DNA of 64,000 nt from Squalus acanthias. Taxonomy: Eukaryota. Shown in pieces: positions 13,829-25,934 of this stretch (its first letter is position 1; the number at the start of each line of letters is the position of its first letter). The stretch spans positions 103,666,001 to 103,730,000 of the forward strand of contig CM059431.1 in the NCBI GenBank assembly GCA_030390025.1, read 5' to 3'. The notes below the pieces were generated by a model, which saw nothing but the letters and a program-made list of their open reading frames with translations, was not told the DNA's origin and made no database searches. The position numbers and the translations under genes were made by a program.

Positions 13829-14038
13829 AAGTCGCACAACACCAGGTTATAGTCCAACAGCTTTATTTGAAATCACAAGCTTTTGGAGCGCTGCTCCTTC
13901 GTCAGGTGAAGGACTTCACCTGACGAAGGAACAGCGCTCCGAAAGCTTGTGATTTCAAATAAAGCTGTTGGACTATAACCTAGTGTTGTGCGACTTCTCA
14001 CATTTGTCCACCCCAGTCCAACACCGGCATCTCCACAT
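13829..14038. mobile_element. Penelope-like palindromic insertion (family A)
   Basis: ~85-bp inverted arms centred near 13912; 14-bp direct repeat CACTGATCATTGAG (13815-13828, 14039-14052); hammerhead core. Confidence 0.8.
13916..13952 (+). ncRNA. Minimal hammerhead motif (family A), one stem II mismatch
   Basis: UCAC-CUGACGA-A-GGAAC agc GCUCC-GAAA-GCUU-GUGA. Confidence 0.65.
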
Positions 14039-14645
14039 CACTGATCATTGAGTGGGAGAAGATACAGGCCGCCATTTTAGAGAACCTGGGAGGATCATTC
14101 AGAAACGATAAAAGGCCAGTGAGATTGTAAATGCAGTACATGTTTTGGTCTCTCTATTTATAATCATTGTTGGCTCATTAGGGAAGTGGGTTAACATATT
14201 AGTGACTTTATCATTTCTCATCTGGGGTCTGGTGGCGCTGAGAAGCTTGAAGGTGAGACTGGAAACACAATCACCAGCCTGGCGGGAGATGGAGAATGAT
14301 CTCAAACCCTAGCCGTGGACCTCTCTAACCTAACCTCAGCGTTCAAATCAGATGGAACCAGAACCTCTGCACTCCAAAGAGATGCAACTGAGCAAATAAT
14401 ATGCATGAATGGGAGGAAGCTATGAACATTCACCCTCAGTAAAAGAGGATCAGCGTATCAGAGCAGGAATGAGATCCCATTACCCTGAAGCTCCATGCTG
14501 GGAGTGGAAAGTTATCAATATGTACCGGTATTTAACTGAATTTAACATTCTTTGGAGATAAGGATTAGGTGCATAGAGCGTATACATTTGTAATATAATA
14601 TATCTTTCTCTTGTTGCAAAAACAAAATTGGGGGTTAAATACTTA

Positions 14646-15539
14646 GGGGTAGAAATTAGGTCGCGCCCCATTTGGGGCGCAAATATCGTCCGGACGCAAA
14701 TATTAGCGCCTGGCGCTAATTATCGGCACTGACAGGAAACTTCACTTTTACCGCCCCGGGAGGTGAGTGGAGCGCTAAAGCAGGCGCTGCACACCTCTCT
14801 TAAGGCGCAAAGGCCAAGGAGTGAGGCGCTAACTCGGAGCGCTGGCGAAGCTCATGTAATGTCAGTCAGCAATGGAACACACACACAATGGCACGGGCCA
14901 GTTCTTAAAGGGGATGGTTAATCTTGCTTTCCATCCACATCCTGTTCATTGCTGCCTTGAATCTCGGCCTGGAGAGACTTGCACATCAAATGTGCTGGAA
15001 AGAACAATGGAGAGGACCAGGCAAGGAGCTCAGAGTGCAGCTCCCACATTCTCTGCTAAATCGATACAAGGAATGGCAAATCAAAATGAACCTGCAAAAT
15101 GCTGCTCAGTACCCAAAACTCCTTCACACAACGTTGAATCTCTCCAGAAGTCTCTCCCTCTCTCTCTCAGAATGCGTAGTTCAAAAATGCCACCAACAAT
15201 AAAAGACCGGAAGAGGCCCCCTTTAAATAGCGCCCCCCCCCAGCCCCACAGCGATTGATAGCGTTCCAGTCTTCTGGTCGTTGGAAGCACCAGGCGGTAA
15301 GGCAGGGGGCGCCACTCAATTTCCGCTACAGGGCGCCCCAAGGGCGTTGCACCATGGAATGACGTCACAATCTGCGCGCGCAGGTGGTCGCAGCGGTAAG
15401 TTTTAGCGCCGCCGCACAATCTCAAGTTAAGTTCTCGAGCGGCGCAAACATCGCTGCGCACGGGCGTTAGCGGCTTTGCGCCCCATTAGCGCCCTCTTAA
15501 GGCGCTAACGGGAGGCGCAACCAAGTGAATTTTTACCCC
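14646..15539. mobile_element. Non-autonomous Harbinger MITE related to 40694-44854
   Basis: Ends GGGGTAGAAATT / AATTTTTACCCC with TTA TSD (14643-14645, 15540-15542); left and right parts align by eye to the two ends of the full-length element. Confidence 0.92.
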
Positions 15540-15559
15540 TTAGCATTTAAAGTTCTTTA

Positions 15560-16480
15560 TCTCAGGGGGGCTGGAATACAAAAGAGTGAAAATTACATTA
15601 CAGTTATATAAAGCTCTGGTGAGACCCCCATTTAGAGTCACTGTGTTCTGTTCTGGGCATCGCACCTCAGGAAGGAGATATTGGCCTTGGAGTGGCCGCA
15701 TCGCAGACTCACCAGAATGATACCCGGAGCTAAAAGGGTTAAGTTTTGAGAACGGGTTGCGCAGACGAGGCTTGTATTCCCTCGAGTGTAGAAGATTAAA
15801 TGGGTGAACTAATTGAGGTGTTTAAGATGATTAAAGGATTTGATGGGGTAGATAGAGAGAAACTATTTCCTCTGGTGGGGAGAGTCCAGAACCAGGGGTC
15901 ATAATCTAAGGATAAGGGGTAAGCCATTTAGGACAGAAATGAGGAAGAATTTCTTCACCCAGAGAGTGGTGAACCTGTGGAATTCTCTACCACAGAAGGT
16001 AGTTGAGGCCAAGTCATTAAATATATTCAAGAATGAGTTAGATATATTTCTTAAAGCTAAAGGTATCAAGGGATATGGGGAGAAGGCAGGTACAGGGTAC
16101 TGAGTTTGGATGATCAGCCATGATCTCATCGAATGGCGGAGCAGGCTCGAGGGGCCAAATGGCCTACTCCTGCTCCTATCTTCTATGTTTCTATGAGTCC
16201 AGAACAAGGGGGCTTCACCTTAAAATTAGAGCCAGGTCGTTCAGGGGTGATGTCAGAAAGCACTTCTTCACACAAAGGGTAGTGGAAATCTGGAACTCTC
16301 TCCCCCAAAAAGGTGTTGAGGCTGGGGTTCAATTGAAAATGATGGATTTTTGTTGGGTAAGGGTATTAAGGATTGCCGAACCAAGGCGGGTAGATGGAGT
16401 TAAGATACAGATCAGCCCGTGATCTAATTGAATGGCAGAACAGGCTCAAGGGGCTGAATGGCCTCCTTCTGTTCCTAGGT
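15560..16480 (+). mobile_element. CR1 fragment with a second CR1 3' end nested at 15883-16194
   Basis: Direct repeat GAGTCCAGAAC(C/A)AGGGG at 15883 and 16195; two successive FFTQRVV..WNSLP segments. Confidence 0.85.
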
Positions 16481-16623
16481 GTGCGCTCCCAATGATTTTC
16501 CATCTATTAATTTAAATGGACAAATTTGGGAGCGGGAAGCAGGGTGTGGGGAGGGCATGTGAGCGATTTCTTGATATGCATTACTAAGTTCTGCAACACT
16601 AGCATTAAATTGCCATGTAGTGC

Positions 16624-17022
16624 GGTAGCCTAGTGGTTATGTTAACTAGATTAGTAGTACAGCTAGTCCTTAGATACTACTGAATGCATGATTACAAATC
16701 CCACCATAGGCAGCTGTGAAATTTAATTTCAGTTAATTAAATTTTAAAAATCTGGAATATAAAGCTAGTATTAGTAATGGTGACCATGAAATTACTGGAT
16801 TATTATAAAAATTGTTATCTGGTTCACTAATATTCTTTAGGGAAGGAAATCTGCCGGTCTGGCCTATATGTGACTCCAGACCCATAGCAATGTGGTTGAC
16901 TTTTAACTGCACTCTGCGGTTCAAGAAGGCCGGTCACTGCCACCTTCTCCAGGGCAATTGAGGATGGGCAACAAATTCTGGTCTTGCCAGCGACGCTCAC
17001 ATCCCGTGAATGAATTAAAAAA
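16624..17022 (+). mobile_element. Second tRNA-like SINE family with a 3' tail from LINE family B
   Basis: TAGC.TAGTGG A box and B-box-like CAAATCC; tail AGGGCAATT.GGATGGGCAA... matches the LINE at 34580-35665. Other copies at 26978-27420 (+) and ~50400-51590 (-, split by a MITE). Confidence 0.7.
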
Positions 17023-17341
17023 AATCTAATTGACACCTTGGTGCCACTGTAGTAACAATTGCATGTGCTACCTACCTCCAGGTCCTCTGTCATTCCTATC
17101 TGTGTTACCCTTTCCCCTGCATCACTTGGAAAGACAAAGAAGATTTCCTCTGGTTGCTGTGTCTTAACAACATTGTGAACATAATGGGGACCTTTCCTAT
17201 GTTCATTACTTTCAGCAAAATTGTAAATTAGCAGAAATCCTCCTGTTATGCTTACGTCCACCCCATCATTCCCAAATGTATCATTAAATTGGGGACGTTT
17301 ATTAATAAATTCAGCAATTCTGCACATTTTCATCATTTCAC

Positions 17342-19167
17342 CAGGGAATTAAAGGCCAGTGAGCCTAACATCAGTGGTAGGGAAATTATTGGAAAAAATT
17401 CTGAGAGACAGAATTAGTCTCCACTTGGAGAGGCAAGGATTAATCAAGGATAGTCAGCATGGCTTTGTCAGGGGGAGATCATGTCTGACCAATTTGATTG
17501 AATTTTTCAAGGGGGTGACTAGGTGTGTGGATGAGGGTAGTGCAGTTGATGTAGTCTACATGGACTTCGATGCGGAGATGCCGGTGTTGGACTGGGGTGG
17601 ACAAAAGTGAGAAGTCGCACAACACCAGGTTATAGTCCAACAGTTTTATTTGAAATCACAAGCTTTCGGAGCTGCTGCCCCTTCGTCAGGTGAAGTGAAG
17701 GAATACGAATCGGCAAAGCATATATAGACAGAGAACAATGCCTGTGTAGTGTACAATCTCAGACGACTACAGTTAATCTATCTGACTGCCTTTCATCACA
17801 CCTCGGCAGAGAAACAATCAGGTCAGCCAGGAAGGCACCACATCAAAGACATAGCAAGATACAACTGAGACAATGAGGTGGGGTCACAGGGGGTCTAATG
17901 TGTCAAATGCAGTCTGTATGGAAAACCATAAACTTTAAAATTTTTACTTTTACTTTTTTTTTACTGGAAATCACATCTGTGAACTTGGACTTCAGTAAGG
18001 CTTTTGACAAAGTCCCGCATGGGAGACTGGTCAAGAAGATAAGAGCCCATGCGATCCAGGGCAACTTGGCACATTGGATCCAAAATTGGCTTAGTGGCAG
18101 GAGGCAGAGGGTGATGGTCGAAGGTTGTTTTTGTGACTGGAAGCCCGTGTCCAGTGGTGTACCGCAGGGATCAGTGCTGGGTCCTTTGCTGTTTGTAGTG
18201 TACATTAATGATTTAGATATGAATGTAGGCGGTATGATCAGTAAGTTCACAGATGACACGAAAATTGGTGTGGTGGTAAATAGCGAGGAGGGAAGCCTCA
18301 GGCTAGAGGACGATATAGACGGGTTGGTCAGATGGGCAGAACAGTGGCAAATGGAATTTAACCCTGAAAAGTGTGAGGTGATGCATTTTGGGAGGACTAA
18401 CAAGGCAAGGGAATACACAATGAATGGTAGGACCCTAGGCAGGACAGAGGATCAGAGGGACCTTGGTGTGCATGTACATAGATAACTGAAGGCAGCAGGA
18501 CAGGTAGATAAGGTGGTTAAAAAGGCATATGGGATACTTGCCTTCATTAGCCGAGGCATAGAATATAAGAGCAGGGAGGTTATGATGGAGCTGTACAAAA
18601 CGCTAGTTAGGCCACAGCTGCAATACTGTGTGCAGTTCTGGTCGACACACTATAGGAAGGATGTGATTGCATTGGAGAGGGTGCAGAGGAGATTCACCAG
18701 GATGTTACCTGGGCTGGAGCGCTTCAGCTATGAAGAGAAACTGGACAGGCTGGTGTTGTTTTCCTTAGAGCAGAGAAGGCTGAGGGGGGACCTGATTGAG
18801 GTGTACAAAATTATGAAGGTCATAGATTGGGTAGATAGAAAGGAACTTTTCCCCTTAGTAGAGGGGTCAATAACCAGGGGGCATAGTTTCAAGGTAAGGG
18901 GCAGGAGGTTTAGAGGGGATTTGAGGAAAAACTTTTTCACCCAGAGGGTGGTTGGAATCTGGAACTCACTGCCTGAAAGGGTGGTAGAGGCGGGAACCCT
19001 CACAACATTCAAGAACCATTTAGATGAGCACTTGAAACGCCATAGCATACAAGGCTACGGACCAAGTGCTGGAAAATGGGATTAGAATAGACAGGGCTTG
19101 ATGGCCGGCACGGACACGATGGGCCGAAGGGCCTCTTTATGTGCTGTATATGACTCTATGACTCTAT
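17342..19167 (+). mobile_element. CR1/L3 (HER1-type) LINE ORF2 RT fragment, split by a Penelope-like insertion
   Basis: RPVSLTSVVGK, DFSKAFDKVPH, GVPQGSVLGP, KFTDD, LYKTLVRP.L.YCVQFW, FFTQRVV.IWNSLP; in-frame TAA at 18483; (TATGACTC)n tail. Confidence 0.95.
17569..17985 (-). mobile_element. Penelope-like fragment (family A) inside CR1
   Basis: 8-bp TSD TGGACTTC (17561-17568, 17986-17993); shares terminal sequence with 13829-14038. Confidence 0.8.
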
Positions 19168-19189
19168 TTTCCACTGGTAATAACATTAA

Positions 19190-19412
19190 AAGAAAAACAG
19201 AAAATGCTGGAAAGACTCAACGGGTCAGGCAGCATCTGTGGGGAGAGAGAAACTGACTTAGCATCTCACCAGTTCTGATGAAAGGTCATCGACCTGAAAC
19301 ATTGACTCTGTTTCTCTCTCTCTGCAGTCGCTGCCTGACCTGCTGAGCGTTTTCCAGCATTTTCTCTTTTTATTAACAGTTTTCCAGCATCTGCAGTGTT
19401 TTGCTTTCGGTT
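19190..19412. mobile_element. Penelope-like palindromic fragment (family B)
   Basis: Inverted arms (AAACAGAAAATGCTGGAAA.../...TTTCCAGCATTTTCT); degenerate hammerhead at 19271-19307. Confidence 0.7.
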
Positions 19413-19414
19413 AA

Positions 19415-19650
19415 AAGAAAGAAAGGCTTGCATTTATATAGCACCTTTCACGACCACCGGACGTCTCAAAGTGCTTTACAGCCAATTAAGTACTTTTTAA
19501 ACGGAGTCACTGTTGTAATGTGGGAAACGCGGCAGCCAATTTGCGCACAGCAAGCTCCCACAAACAGCAATGTGATAATGACCAGATAATCTGTTTGTTA
19601 TTGTTATGTTGGTTGAGGGATAAATATTGGCCAGGACACCGGGGATAATT
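19415..19650 (-). mobile_element. SacSINE1-like SINE, 3' half
   Basis: Matches the family tail; truncated at the putative LTR. Confidence 0.85.
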
Positions 19651-20884
19651 TGTTACCAAATTAGGCATAGCTACATATGTACATAGCTACATAAAGAGTC
19701 CCATCCAGTGTCATCGAATTACAGTATGCAGACGACACTTTGAAGGGATAATTACTAGTCCTAGCCCCTTTAGGGTACCCCGGATCAGGCGTATTCCTCA
19801 GATGTTCACTTTCAACTGAAGTTTGCGGTAGCCGAATCCTAAAGACGCTTAATTGGGTCTAAAGGTCTGGACCATCTCTCCCTAAAGGAAAGGAACAACC
19901 TGAAAATGTTACCGTCCTCCGGATAGCACTTTTAATAAGTTTAGCTAGACTGTAATGTTCCGGATATTATGAGGGTCCGGAAAACTCCCCCAGAATTCTG
20001 CAACTCCTCACCAAGCAGTGTACAGAGATTGAGTTCGCGAGTTTGATACAGAAGTCTTATGTGAGACAATTCTAAAAATATATAGATTTATTAAAGAACC
20101 GACATGTAATTTACAGTTGGTGAGTCAATCGCAACATTAACAGTTCCAAAATGAGAAAGATTACAATCTTATTATCAGAGAACCTTACTTTCAAATCTTA
20201 ACTTCGCTACAGTTTTACAGTTCTTAAAGTTCTATTCAGGATATCCACCAAAATCAAATACCTTTGATCCCCGAGGTACAAAGAGTTGGAGACTTACAGA
20301 GCCACCTCTGAAGCCAAGAATTGCTTTGCCCCTTTAAAGCGAGTCTACTATCCCATTTGAGAGTTCAATATTTATACCCTTTTCCAGTGGTATTTCCTTT
20401 AAGGTTTTATGCTGATGTAAGCTAATTATCTCTAGTCATTTTTCTGCTGACCCCTGCAATTGTTACTGCCAGATCAGCTGGTAGCATTGCAGAATTATGT
20501 CTCTTCTCTAGGTGTTCTAAGTTTACCATAAAAAACAGTGTTACGGCAGGTTTGGTTTTTAATTGATATCATTTTTACGAAGGCAGATGTTTCTTACTTT
20601 TATGTGCTTCTTTACGAAATGTAAATTAGAACACCTTGTCCAGGGTGAACCATTGTTTCATTCTGAAAGGTTCAGCCTGCCGGAGCCTTTAACCTTCTGT
20701 TTCAATAAGGTTATTGATTCAGTGTCAACAACTATCTTATCTCTATAACCAGAATGCTTTCACAGCTTTTTCATAGCTAGGTTTCTAGATTTCCAAACCC
20801 AGTTTGTCATGTTTTAATAAGGCCAGAATTCTTTCATAGAATGATGTATTTTTCTGAATAGGTTATATGGCTTATTCCTTCACA
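19651..20884 (-). mobile_element. Probable solo LTR (ERV- or LTR-retrotransposon-derived)
   Basis: TGT...ACA termini; flanks AATT/ACTT (4-bp TSD, 1 mismatch); minus-strand TATAAA (~20371-20376) upstream of AATAAA (~20087-20092); abruptly separates a SINE from an RTE fragment; no coding homology. Confidence 0.55.
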
Positions 20885-21878
20885 ACTTGCGTCTGCGCAC
20901 ACTCGGAGGTCGAACTCCAAACCATCGTCAACACCTTCACTGAAGCATACGAGAGCATGGGCCTTACACTACGCATCCATAAGACAAAGGTCCTCTACCA
21001 ACCTGCCCCCGCCACACAGTACTGCCCCCTGATTACCAAAATCCACGACGTGGCCTTGGACAACGTGGACCACTTTCCATACCTCGGGAGCCTACTGTCA
21101 ACAAGGGCAGACGTCGATGGCGAAGTCCAACAATGCCTTCAGTGTGCCAGTGCAGCCTTCGGTCGCCTTAGGAAGAGAGTGTTTGAAGACCAGGACCTCA
21201 AAGACCCGGCAACAAGCTCATGGTCTACAGAGCAGTAGTGATCCCCGCCCCCCTGTATCCTTCAGAGACATGGACCATGTACAGCAGGCACCTCAAATCA
21301 CTGGAGAGGTTCCACCAACGCTGCCTCCGCAAGATCCTGCAAATCCATTGGCAGGATAGGCGCACCAACATCAGTGTTCTCGCTCAGGACAACATCCCCA
21401 GCATCGAAGCTTTGACCATGCTTGATCAGCTCCGATGGACGGGCCACATCGTCTGCATGCCTGATACAAGACTCCCAAAACAAGCGCTCTACTCGGAGCT
21501 CTGACACGGCAAGAGAGCCCCAGGTGGGCAGAGGAAACACTTCAAGGACACCCTCAAAGCCTCCTTGAAAAGGTGCAACATCCCCTCCGACACCTGGGAA
21601 TCCCTGGCCCAAGACTGCTCAAAGTAGAGGAGAAGCATCCGGGAAGGCGCCGAACACCTCGAGTCTCTTCGCCAGGAGCAAGCGGAAGCCAAGTGCAAAC
21701 AGCGCAAGAAGCGCACGTCAACACAAGCACCCCACCCAACCGCCCCTTCAACCACCGTCTGCCCCACCTGTGACAGAGACTGTAGGTCCCGCATTGGACT
21801 CATCAGTCACCTGAGAACTCATCTTTAGTGTGGAAGCAAGTCATCCTCGGTTCCGAGGGACTGCCTAAGAGAAGAAGC
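20885..21878 (+). mobile_element. RTE-clade LINE, 5'-truncated
   Basis: LDNVDHFPYLGSLLS, ASAAFGRLRKRVF, YRAVVIP.LY.SETW, QLRWTGHIV.M.DTRLPKQ.LYSEL, C-terminal CPTC..DC.SRIGL.SH zinc finger; GAA-repeat tail. Confidence 0.9.
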
Positions 21879-23291
21879 TACATGTGAAACAGAAAGATAT
21901 AATATCGAATTTCTGATCAATTGAAACACTTGTGATATGCTCTATTATTACTTAGTATAATATTGTAGCAGAGTAAACTAGTTACTGTCCCCAGGTATAA
22001 TCTGAAAAGAAAGATAAAACTGAATTGTTCAGCCAGCTGTGATAATGAGTAACCGAATGAGTCCCATCATCGGAACATGCGTAGATAAAAGCAGAGAGTA
22101 AACATCAGATCCGTATTCCTGCTGATAAGCAAATAGGGTGATTTACAATCTCCAGCATGAGTTAAAGTTACTGAATAAATAGACAAAAATAAAATTGCAT
22201 TTTGTACACATTTTTAAAAAAAATAGTAAAATGACATCAAAAAAGTAAAATGTGGGTTGAGGTTAGCTTTTGTGTTAATCATAGAATCACACAGCACAGA
22301 AGGAGGCCATTTGGCCCATCGTACCTGTGCCGGCTCTTTGAAAGAGCTCTCCGATTAGTCCCACTCCCCCCCCCCCTGCTCTTTCCCCCGTAGCCCCTGC
22401 CAATTTTTTTTTTCCTTTTCAAATATTGATCCAATTTCCTTTTTGAGGGTTGCTATTGAATCTGCTTCCACCGCCCTTTCAGGCAGCGCGTTAAAGTTCA
22501 TTAAAGAAAGGTGAAGAAGTGAAGAAGCATAAAACTTTGCACCCTCACGTTACTGCAGCTCACTGCGCACGGGGAAGAAAAGAAAAAGTGGCGCTGGGTT
22601 TCACTCAACGGGGCGCTCCCTGCAATCTGCATGATAAATAAAGCTTTTCACATCTGGATAAAACAAAATCAGCAGAATTAGCAACTTTTTCATGACATAA
22701 AGGTGGTGCAAATGTCCCGATACCCAATACATCAGTAGAACAAAGTGCCTGCCCGGAGCCAGCTCACCCTGTTGTATAATGCTGACCCGCTAACACCAGC
22801 TTGCTTTCCTTCCCCTACTGTTGTCTTTTCAGAAAGGGGCAATGATGTCTGAGCGCATCAACATGATTCATGTCTTCCAATAAACAGTCATTTAAACCAC
22901 GGCACCTGGGAATAATAACTTCCGTGATGTAATTCGCCAGAAAGAAGCTGTCGACAGAGTATGAAAGGCTTTCAACGCTAATTGCCGCTATGGCTTGGTT
23001 GTTAACTTTGGAAGTTTATTTTTAAAAAAACATTTCCAGATGGCAAGCAGTCCAAAATGCTTATCTTGAGCCAATGGTTAGACATTGAGTTGTGACCTTA
23101 TAGTGGCCGCCTCGAATCCCAAATTATCAGGGACACGAGCAAATAGTTTTAATTAGTTACTTCTTAAAAGCTGTAGTTGTGAGATATTGCTAAGCTAACA
23201 GGGAAACTTCCTCGCTGTGTATTTCAACACCTATTTCATAGGGTGAAAGAATTAGCTTTACTGACAGTTGTGCTTAGACTTGAGAAGACTT

Positions 23292-23755
23292 GGGGGGAAA
23301 AATTCGTCCCCTTAGCGCCAGCAGATGGCGCTAACGGGGCGATAGAGCATTATCGCCGGGGCGAGTCGAATCCAGCACCGCACGCCAAATCACAGAACTC
23401 TGCCACCTCCTGCAACCAGACCTCCCGCCTCAGACCAGGGCGACCACAGCTCTCCCAATGGCATTCAAGGTCACTGTCACCCTCAATTTCTTCGCCAGCG
23501 GATCCTTCCAGCAGCTAACATCTCACAGTTCGCCCTCCATCGCTGCATCCGGGAGGTCACAGAGGCTCTCTACAGTAGAAGAAGGGACTACATTTCCTTC
23601 CCCATCAACAGAGAGAAGCAGGACGAGCGTGCATGTGGCTTTGCCAGGATAGTGGGATTCCCCATGGTGCAGGGAGCCATTGACTGCATCCACATGGCTT
23701 TGCAGACACCGCATAACAATCCTGAGATCTTCCGTAACCGCAAAGGCTACCACTG
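23292..23755 (+). mobile_element. Degraded Harbinger end plus transposase fragment
   Basis: GGGGGGAAAAATT end; KVTVTLNFFASGSFQ and GFPMVQGAIDCIH.AL...FRNRKGYH. Confidence 0.85.
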
Positions 23756-23850
23756 CACCGAAACGTCAGCCTAGAGTTTTGTGCTCAAGTCCCTGGAGTG
23801 GGACTTGAACCCACAACCTTCGAACTAAGAGGTGAGAGTGCCACCCACTG

Positions 23851-25934
23851 TTTTTTTTTCTATATTATTTATTGAACATTAAAAACATTTACAACATCGT
23901 GATCATTCCATTGTATCATACAATCCATTCCGCCGCTCTGTACAGCCATTCCTCCACCACATATTAACATCAAAACCTGAAGTTTAATTTGTCTCCCATA
24001 ACATATACTAATCTATTGTACTTTAAAAATTGATCAATAATCATGGCTCCGAATAAGGGAAGTGTGCCTGATAATCCCCCCATCATTTAATCTCCGGCCC
24101 TTCCCTCCTCTCATGCTCCTTCCCAACTTTTCGGGCAGCTGTTGCTTTCTCCTGCAGCCTCCGGCTCTTTTTCACCTCCTGTTTGAACCTTCCCTGCAGT
24201 TTCAGCCTCTTCCTTACATTGGGTTTGGGCCGAGGAGCTGCCCCTTCTCCCTCCTTCTGCCCCTCACTAACCTTTCCCTTTCCACACAATGCCACCCCCC
24301 ACCCCCCACTTCCATGTCTCTGTCCCCCTCTGACTCCTCACTCTCGAGCTCTTCTGTAACCTCCCGTCCCTGCTCCCCGTCAGATACTTAATCTCCCTCA
24401 GAGAGTCTTCCTGCTATCACGGTTTCTCCAACAGTGCCACTCCCTTTGGCCTCATCTCCACCGCTGACCTTTGCTCCCTGTTTCTTCTCTCTCTGGGACA
24501 ATGGCGCTTCTGCACCTATCTTGCTCCCTTCTGGCATCTTTGTCTCCCCGCTTCTGTCCTGCTGCCCCTTTAAGGCTCCTGCCTCTTGCACCCTCTGCTT
24601 GTCTTGCCCCCTCCTGCTCCCCGAGATGTCCGACTCCCCGTCTTTCTTTGGAATACTTATACTTACCCCGCACCCCACTCCCGCCTCCTCTCCCCCCGCG
24701 GACACCAGATTCTTTAGGGAGAGCTGAGCTGTATTATAGTTCGACTCTACCCTTGACCCATGCTGCCTGCTGCTGTCTTTGTCCTTTTCCACCGTACTTG
24801 GTGTGTTTTCCACCATCTCCATCCTGTTCTCTGCTCCGCAATTTTCCATCTCTTCCTGCGCTCTTTCCTCCTTCCATTCACCAGCTGTGTCCTCCACCTG
24901 CTCCGCTCCTCCAGCCATTCCACTCACACCCTTCTCCTTCTCCCATCTCCTCATCACTCAAGGGGCTTCCTTCTGCCTCACACTCACAGCATGTGGGCCT
25001 TTGTGACACACCCCACAGCTCTCTGCCTCGCAGCTCCGAATGATGTGTCAGACTCGCCGCAGTTATAACAGTACAAGTCTAGACAGCTTCTTACAAGATG
25101 GTCGTGTCCAAGACAATAATAACAAACCTTCACCTGGTTATTATGCTGTAACCGGAAGTACTATACTCCTTCCATTGTCGTGAATTTCATGCTATACGGC
25201 AATGACTTCACCCCCTCTGGGAACCATACCTTTACATAACGGGTTCCATCTGCTACCCACATTCCTGGATAGTATCTCCTCTTTATTGACAAGCAAATTT
25301 TAATGTCCCACGACTCCAACTTTTTTATTAGCACATCGTCCTCAATATAAACCAGCAGGTTTAAGAATGAGACCACCACCTCTTCAGAATATGAGAAGTC
25401 GCACAACACCAGGTTATAGTCCAACAGATTTATTTAATTTTACAAGCTTTCGGAATAAGTTTTCAGAATATAGCAGAGATACCTCCAAGAACTTATCTCC
25501 AACCTTCAAACTCAGTAAAAGTCTTTCCACCTCCTCTCGGCCACTGACCGTCACCTCGAACCCAACATTCGGCTTTGGTTGGCAGACAAAGCAGCTTCCC
25601 TCACTGCAGTCCTCATGTACCACCTGGATAATATCCCAAGCTCGTATCTCCTTATCCTCGCACTGAACTACCACCGTGTTTTCTTTTCCAAACCTCCTGG
25701 GGTCCCGACTCAAATCTTTGGCCATTTTTTTCTCCCTTCCCCGAACATTTTCGCCACTGATTAAATTCATCCTGGGAACATTGTCCTCTGAGGGTCCTAG
25801 CTGCAGTTTAAGGACCAAAAAGACCCTAAAACCTAAAAAAAAAACCCTAAACCAACTTTTTACAAACTCACTCCAACGCCCTGCAGTAATCGAGCACCCA
25901 GCAGCACCTGCTCAATTCTAGCCCCTCCCACCTA
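23851..25934 (-). mobile_element. Tx1/L1-group non-LTR element retaining only a degraded ORF1 (CCHC gag-like)
   Basis: Poly(A) at 23851-23859 with AATAAA at 23873-23868; imperfect 17-bp TSD (23834-23850 / 25935-25951, 14/17); ORF1 from ATG 25725 with RRYYPG..VADGTRYVKV.FP..VKSLPYS and the zinc knuckle CYYCLGHDHLVRSC; no endonuclease or RT. Confidence 0.8.
25393..25461. mobile_element. Very short family A fragment interrupting the Tx1-like ORF1
   Basis: TSD TTCAGAATAT (25383-25392, 25462-25471); removing it restores ...EVSLLYSE-EVVVSFLNL. Confidence 0.75.

Noticed and set aside
17076..17336. Minus-strand open frame ending at a GAG|GTAGGT donor (part of the 169-aa ORF)
   Set aside because: No recognisable protein family, no convincing acceptor before the CR1 boundary, and the rest of the ORF runs through SINE sequence.
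25161..25818. Host ZCCHC3-like gene
   Set aside because: Stop codon, frameshift, nested insertion, poly(A) tail and TSD show a decayed retroposon ORF1.
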